Assembly: GCF_009914755.1 (NCBI RefSeq)
Contig: NC_060929.1
DNA: 64,000 nucleotides
Strand: one strand, 5' to 3'
From: the human T2T-CHM13v2.0 reference genome, Homo sapiens
Shown here: positions 51,384 to 64,000 of the stretch, in pieces
Position numbering within the stretch: the stretch's first letter is position 1
Layout: every line of letters starts with the position of its first letter
Translations under genes and position numbers: made by a program
The notes under the pieces: model-generated
The model's input: the letters and a program-made list of their open reading frames with translations, nothing else
Databases searched by the model: none
Told to the model about the DNA's origin: nothing

Positions 51384-51770
51384 TGGCCTGGCTTTTATTT
51401 ATTTATTTATGTATATTTTTTATTATTTTATTTTGTTATTATTTTATCTTTTATTTTGTTTCTTCTGGAAATTTTACCCTCCCTACACCCCAGAACCAGG
51501 TGGCCACATTCCTAAGGGGGCAACACCCTTTCCTCAGCCTGCTCTTTGCCCGGCTCCTGCCTTGTAGGGCTGTGGGGAGGTTGCTCATGGTGAATTCACC
51601 CCTGAGGGCATTATTTCTCACTAGAGCACAAGACAGTAGTCATTTCTCTGCTGGGAGTGACAGCAGCAGGGGAGGGGCTGTGGAGCCCTAACACAGAGCC
51701 CCAGGCACCAAGCTGGAGTTGGAAATGGTACTTAGGACTTTTCTCCCGATGCATTAAGATAGAAACTCCA

Positions 51771-52057
51771 GTAATCCCAGCACTTTGGGAGGCCGAGGCG
51801 GGCGGATCACGAGGTCAGGAGATCGAGACCATCCTGGCTAACATGGTGAAACCCTGTCTCTACTAAAAATAACAAAAAATTAGCCAGGCCAGGTGGCGGG
51901 TGCCTGTAGTCCCAGCTACTCGGGAGGCTGAGGCAGGAGAATGGCGTGAACCCCGCGGGGCGGAACCTGCAGTGAGCCGAGATCGCGCCACTGCACTCCA
52001 GCCTGGGCGACAGCGAGACTCCGTCTCAAAAAAAAAAAAAAAAAGAAAAAAAAAAAG
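51771..52057 (+). mobile_element. AluY (Ye-like), slightly 5'-truncated
   Basis: 'gaaccccgcggggcggaacctgcag' and 'gggcgacagcgagactcc'; TSD AGAAACTCCAGTA. Confidence 0.85.
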
Positions 52058-52214
52058 AAACTCCAGTACAGGAATTTCAGGTCAGCTTGACTCCCAGGTG
52101 GGGGCTAGCAAGGCCAGGGCACCAGGTGGTCCAGGCGTGAGGAAATAGTGGGGGTGGGTGACAGTGGACGTGAAATGGTTGGCCAAGGGGTTAGATGGTT
52201 GGCCAAACAAGTTA

Positions 52215-52717
<503 letters not shown>

Positions 52718-53070
52718 TTACCAAAGGGGCGTTGATGTAAAGGTCAGTAGCAGAGAAGAAGCCAACAAGCTGTCTGGCGTGGTAGGTGTGTGGTACACAT
52801 GAGAGGCAGTAAGAGTCATGGTTAAACATTCGTTGCACCCACAGGGTCCACACTTTGAATTTCATCTCCATCTTGACTAGTTCTGTCTTCAGGTGAGCCA
52901 CTGAACTTCCTTGACCCTTGGTTTTCTAATTTGTAAAATGAGAAGGACATAGTACCTGCACTTGCCACACTGTTTTAAGGACTAAAATGAGAAGATATCT
53001 GTGAAATCTTAGCACAGCACCTGGAAGATGGTAAAATACAATAAATATTGCTATCATTACTGTTAGTGAA

Positions 53071-53743
<673 letters not shown>

Positions 53744-53787
53744 GTGCATGATAGAACAAGGAACACCAGATAAAATTTCCTGAAAAG

Positions 53788-54427
<640 letters not shown>

Positions 54428-55503
54428 CTAAGAAAGTTATGGTGGACATTTTTGGTTACTAGGCCAACACCCATTCTTCTCTTTTCTCTTCCTAACAGTT
54501 CTCTAATTTTTAGCAAGTGTTTTGAAGTTATCTCCTCCCCACACAGCCTGTGTATTTCAAGGAAGGCTGACCTCATCCCCAAATGTAGGAATGGGCCTGA
54601 TAAACCTAAAAGTAATCCAGCCCCGGCCCATTGGTTATCCAGGAATGGGGATGTGCCCTAATTCAGGCCAATGAGACACCGAAGAGGTGTCCTAAAAACT
54701 TCTGGGAAGGACCCCCACTTATTTTAAGAGAAAGAGGTATCCTCTTTTTCTCCAGATGTTGCATTTTGTGGCTGTAAAGGCTGTGCTTTTGCAGCTTTTT
54801 TCCAGTTTCATCTTTTAGAAGATTGAATCCAGCTACAGTCATGATTGTCTTCAAGCCTCTTGGCTTCAAATAAGCACAGCGAGGCCAAGGATTTCCATAT
54901 CTTGGTGCCCCACAAACCTGAAGAAAGAGACAGGAGCTATGCTGAATGAAGACATAAGCAGGTATTTTCATTAATTCCAAACAAAAAGAGAAGTGAGGCG
55001 TGAGGGTCAGAGTGAAAAATTTGGGTTCAGCTTCATGGGTACCTGGGGGCAAGCATTACCACTGCCCTCAGTTCTCTGCCTTCTCCCCTCTGCAGCTCAT
55101 GGACTGCCTTCTCCAGCAGCAACTGAGGACAGTAGTGGTATTAATGTCTCCACCAGAGGGTTGGCAGTCATTATCTCTCAGAATCCTGCCTTGCATGTAC
55201 TTGCAGGATGTAGAAAGATGAGTGACCTCAGCCACCATCTAGGGTACAGTCCTCCTTGACAGGAAGTGGTAGGGGTGGATTTTAACAACTCAAGGCCACA
55301 AATATCCAATTAGTGAGAGATAGGGCCAGTGGCAACATGTCTCCTGGCTTTGTTCTGACATTTGCTCTGTTCCATGTTTGTCTTGTAAATAAAACTGGGC
55401 CTGTTTTCAGAGAAGCTAACCCACCTTCATGCTGACAACAGGATTTCTACCAGAATTGCTTTTCCGAAGCCTTTTTAAAATGGTATTTTTAAATGACACT
55501 TTT

Positions 55504-55805
55504 GGCCAGGCACAGTGGCTCATGCCTGTAATCCCAACAGTTTGGGAGGCCAACGCAGGTGGATCGTCTGAGGTCAGGAGTTCGAGACTAGCCTGGGCAA
55601 CATGGGAAAACCTCATCTCTACAAAAAATACAAAAATTAGCTGGGTGTGGTGGTATGCGTGTGTAGTCTCAGCTACATGGGAGGCTGAAGTGGGAGGATT
55701 GCTTGAGCCCAGGAGGTGGAGGTTGTAGTGAACCATTATCATACTACTGCATTCCATCCTGGGCAACAGAGAGAGACCTTGTCAAAAAACAATCAAAAAA
55801 ACCAC
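55504..55805 (+). mobile_element. Alu (J-like)
   Basis: Alu dimer. Confidence 0.87.
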
Positions 55806-56019
55806 CCAATAAAGAATATGACTTATTTCATCTTCCTCCATGCTTCCACTCAGACTTAGTAAAATTATCTTGAAGGAAGGAAGGAAAGAAAAAAGGATGA
55901 GAGAGGGAAGGAAGGAGAATAGCAACTTCTGTTGGGTTAGAACTATAAATTCCTAACAGATAAGACCTGGGTCTGTAGATTTAGTTTTTGTGATTTGGGT
56001 TTTTTTAAAATTATTACTA

Positions 56020-57020
56020 TATATTTTCTAATTGGCAAACATTTTTTATATTTATGGGGTATAACATGATGTTTTAGGGTTTTCTATATATAAGACCATG
56101 TTGTTTGCAAACAGGCAATTTTACTTCTTCCTTCTGATTTGGATGCCTCTTATTTCTTTCTCTTATTTAATTGCTCTTGCTAGGACCTCCAGTACTATAT
56201 TGAATAGAAGTGACAAGAATGGGCATCCTTCTCTGGTTTCTGATCTTAGAGGAAAGGCTTTCAACTTTTCACCAGTGAATAAGATGTTAACTGTGAACTT
56301 GTCATATATGGACTTTATTGTATTGAAGTACATTCCTTCTATACCTATTTGTTGAGAATTCTTTTATTATGAAAGGATGTTGGATTTTGTCAAACACTGT
56401 TTCTGCATCTATCGAGAAGATTATATGGTTTTTATCCTTCATTCTGTCATTCTGTTAATGCAGTGTAACATATTACATTCATTAATTTACATATGTTTAA
56501 CCATCCTTGCATTCCAGGGATACATTTCACTTGATCATAGTGAACTATTTTTTTTTTTAGAGATGAGGGTCTCGTCATGTTGCCCAGTCTGCGCTTGAAC
56601 TCCTGAGTTCAAGCTATTCTCCCACCTCAGCCTCCAAATTAGCCAGCACTACTAATTAGCTAGCACTACAGGCATGTGCCACTGCACCTGGCCAAATGAT
56701 TCTTATAATGTGCTGTTGAATCTGATTTGCAGTATTCTGTTGAGGATTTTTGTGTCTATGTTCATGAGGGATATTGACCTATAATTTTCTTTTCTTTTAT
56801 TATATTTGGCTGGCTTTGGTATCAGGGTAATGCTCGTAAAGTAAGTTTGGAAATATTCCCTCCTTTTTAATTTTTTGGAAGAGTTTCAGAAATATTGATT
56901 TTAGTTATTCTTTAAATGTTTGGTAGAATTCAGCAGTAGAGCCATCAGGTCCTGGTCTTTTCTTTCATGGGAGATTTTTATTACTGATTTAATCTCCTTA
57001 CTTATTATTGGTCTGTTCTA
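56020..57020 (-). mobile_element. L1 ORF2 fragment with an antisense Alu monomer (about 56548-56693)
   Basis: 'ggatgcctcttatttctttctcttatttaattgctcttgctaggacctccagtactatattgaatag' is L1 RT-region reverse complement. Confidence 0.88.
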
Positions 57021-57695
57021 TAAGTTTAGTTTTATGTAACACTTCACATACTTTGTACTTGGTAAACTCTCATGGTGTCTATTTCTTTGTAAAACAAAGA
57101 AATAACAAAGCATCAAAAGAATGTAAGATCAGATCCACTTTGTGACATCCACAAGGAGTACTATGTCTGGCTATTGTTTAGATTCGTTTGGAACTGATCT
57201 CTTGAGTTCTCAGTCACTCTCTACCTGATTTGTAACAGGATAAGGAATGTTTCAAGCTGCACGTCTTACAGACTCAGGCCAAGCAAAAATACTGTTAACA
57301 CAGAAAACTCTGCCAAGATTCATTTTTAAAGCCATGAGTTTCCATCCCACAAAGTGCATATTATTCAGAAGGTCATTCGTTCAAGTCAGAGTTCACATGG
57401 TTTTCAATAAACCACTCTTCAGATGACCTAACTTAGGAAAGAATCTCATTCTTGGGGTCAGTTTCTTTTAGGGAATATTTAGTTAGCATTTGAATGAGCT
57501 GGCTTGCTCTGGAGAAGCAGTGGCTTGACTTTGGCCCCTGATATGGCATGGACTTGAGGTTGTGCAGGGTGTGAGTCTAACCTTTTGGAGACCTCTGTCA
57601 GGTTCTCAGGAAGGGGGTACAGAGTCCTGGGTCTCTATCTTCTTCAAGCACAAATTGCATCCCCATCCAACTACCAGTTGAAAAGACAGGACACA

Positions 57696-57985
<290 letters not shown>

Positions 57986-58060
57986 CAACATATATATTAT
58001 CAACATGAAACACGATATTCAGATATTCTTACAGAAAAGTAGCAAACCTCTGCTAGTTCA

Positions 58061-58674
<614 letters not shown>

Positions 58675-59057
58675 TCACTAGTTCAGTCCATAACTGGCAC
58701 TCTTAAAAACTCTTGCCATCAAAAGTATCTGAAATGAAAATCTAAGATATATTCCTACCACTCCGAGAAGTTTCTGTACAATCCCTCTGTCTAACAGACC
58801 AGCTAGTTTCTTTCATGATCAAGCAGACATACTGAAGTCACCAACACAGCAGAAGGCACAAATGTCTCTTTATCAATGTTTTTCACATTATATGTATGAT
58901 TCATTAATGAGTCATGAAATCAACTCTGTGAGTCACAATGAACATTTAAAAACAAAATATATCAGGAAAAAATTTGAAGAGATCAAAGTAAACTCCTGAG
59001 GGCAGGGTCTTATTTGGTTTAATATCATCTAATAATTCTATCAAAATGCAAAGCATA

Positions 59058-59198
59058 AGCTGGGCACTGTAGCTCACACCTGTAATCCCAACACTTTGGG
59101 AGGCTGAGGTGGGCAGATCACTTGAGGCCAGGAGTTCGAGACCAGCCTGGCCAACATGGCGAAACCCCGTCTCTACAAAAAATACAAAAACCAAAAAC
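59058..59198 (+). mobile_element. Alu left monomer
   Basis: TSD TGCAAAGCATAAG flanks a single arm. Confidence 0.85.
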
Positions 59199-59463
59199 TG
59201 CAAAGCATAAAGTAGACACCCTACAAAAGTTAGATAATAACTGACCAAAAAGTAAATACATCAAAAATGACCTATTAGCCTATAGAGCTATGGATCTTAT
59301 AATATTTATAGTTCTTATATTACTTATAGCTGTGATGTAAAGACCAACTATCGTTGATCTCAAGTAATATTCTGTGCCTAAATAATATGAAAACACCAAC
59401 TAATCATCAATCTTTGAAGGGAGGTAAGATACATAAAATTTATACATAACTCTGGAAGACTAA

Positions 59464-59735
<272 letters not shown>

Positions 59736-59849
59736 ATACTGTCCTTCTTGTATGGTCATAACTATCTTATTAAGACAGACTTTTGTTCACATAAGCATAT
59801 TATTAGACTTGACAATGAAAGAGGCCTATGCAGGGCAATCAAACAAAAA

Positions 59850-63470
<3,621 letters not shown>

Positions 63471-64000
63471 AAAAAGGGGCTGTGAATCATAATGACTTTG
63501 CTAATTGACATTATTTATTTCTGACTGGGGTTGCTCTCTACTTGCTGGTATAAATGCTTGTATCTGTCCTGCTCTTGGAAACTTGTTAGGAATAGGAATA
63601 CTAATTTTTCTATACAGAGTACAGCTCCAGGAAGCTGTGGATTAATAAATGCTTGCTCTCAAAAATAATTTGGGCTGTAGCCTCTAACTTACAGTAAGTA
63701 TAGCCCCTTTATATTCCTCTTTTTCACCTTTAACCACCAGTTAATATGTCAGTACTGTAACTCCAAATATTCAAAGAACCTAGTTAACTTTGCAAAACTG
63801 CTATGTAAACATGGTAGCAATAGTTTGTGTGTATTTAGCAAAACAGAGTTAAACACAGTACTTGTATTTATGAAAACAAATAAAAAGGCAAAAAAAAACC
63901 CCAACAACCTATATTTATATAAAACAGATTCCAATTCAAGAAGGTAAACTTAGCATGTAGGTTTGTCATTCTTCTTAAGATACTAATGAAGCGATAAAGA

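Overview
Mammalian, almost certainly human, genomic DNA containing the complete two-exon F2R gene (thrombin receptor PAR1, 425 aa) on the + strand: CpG-island promoter and exon 1 at about 7.2-8.6 kb, a 15.9-kb intron, and a terminal exon at 24.2-27.7 kb. By recalled synteny this is 5q13.3 between IQGAP2 and F2RL1. The rest is repeat-dense (roughly 50 Alus, L1 fragments, ERV/MaLR solo LTRs, hAT MITEs). No prokaryotic-type system (CRISPR etc.) is present, and nearly all other listed ORFs are Alu- or GC-derived noise. I found no convincing wholly new biological system. The best leads are: (1) an intron-1 acceptor/AATAAA that would give a 43-aa parstatin-like PAR1 N-terminal peptide; (2) the -506 13-bp insertion allele on this haplotype; (3) an Alu-tail-derived (GGAA)13 upstream of the promoter; (4) a MER9 LTR splitting an Alu promoter in the NCRUPAR region; (5) a possible antisense retrocopy in intron 1; (6) ETS/AP-1 and NF-E2 candidate enhancers; (7) repeatedly hit retrotransposon target sites. 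Repeat subfamily names come from recall of consensus sequences, not from a database search, and repeat boundaries without a TSD are approximate.
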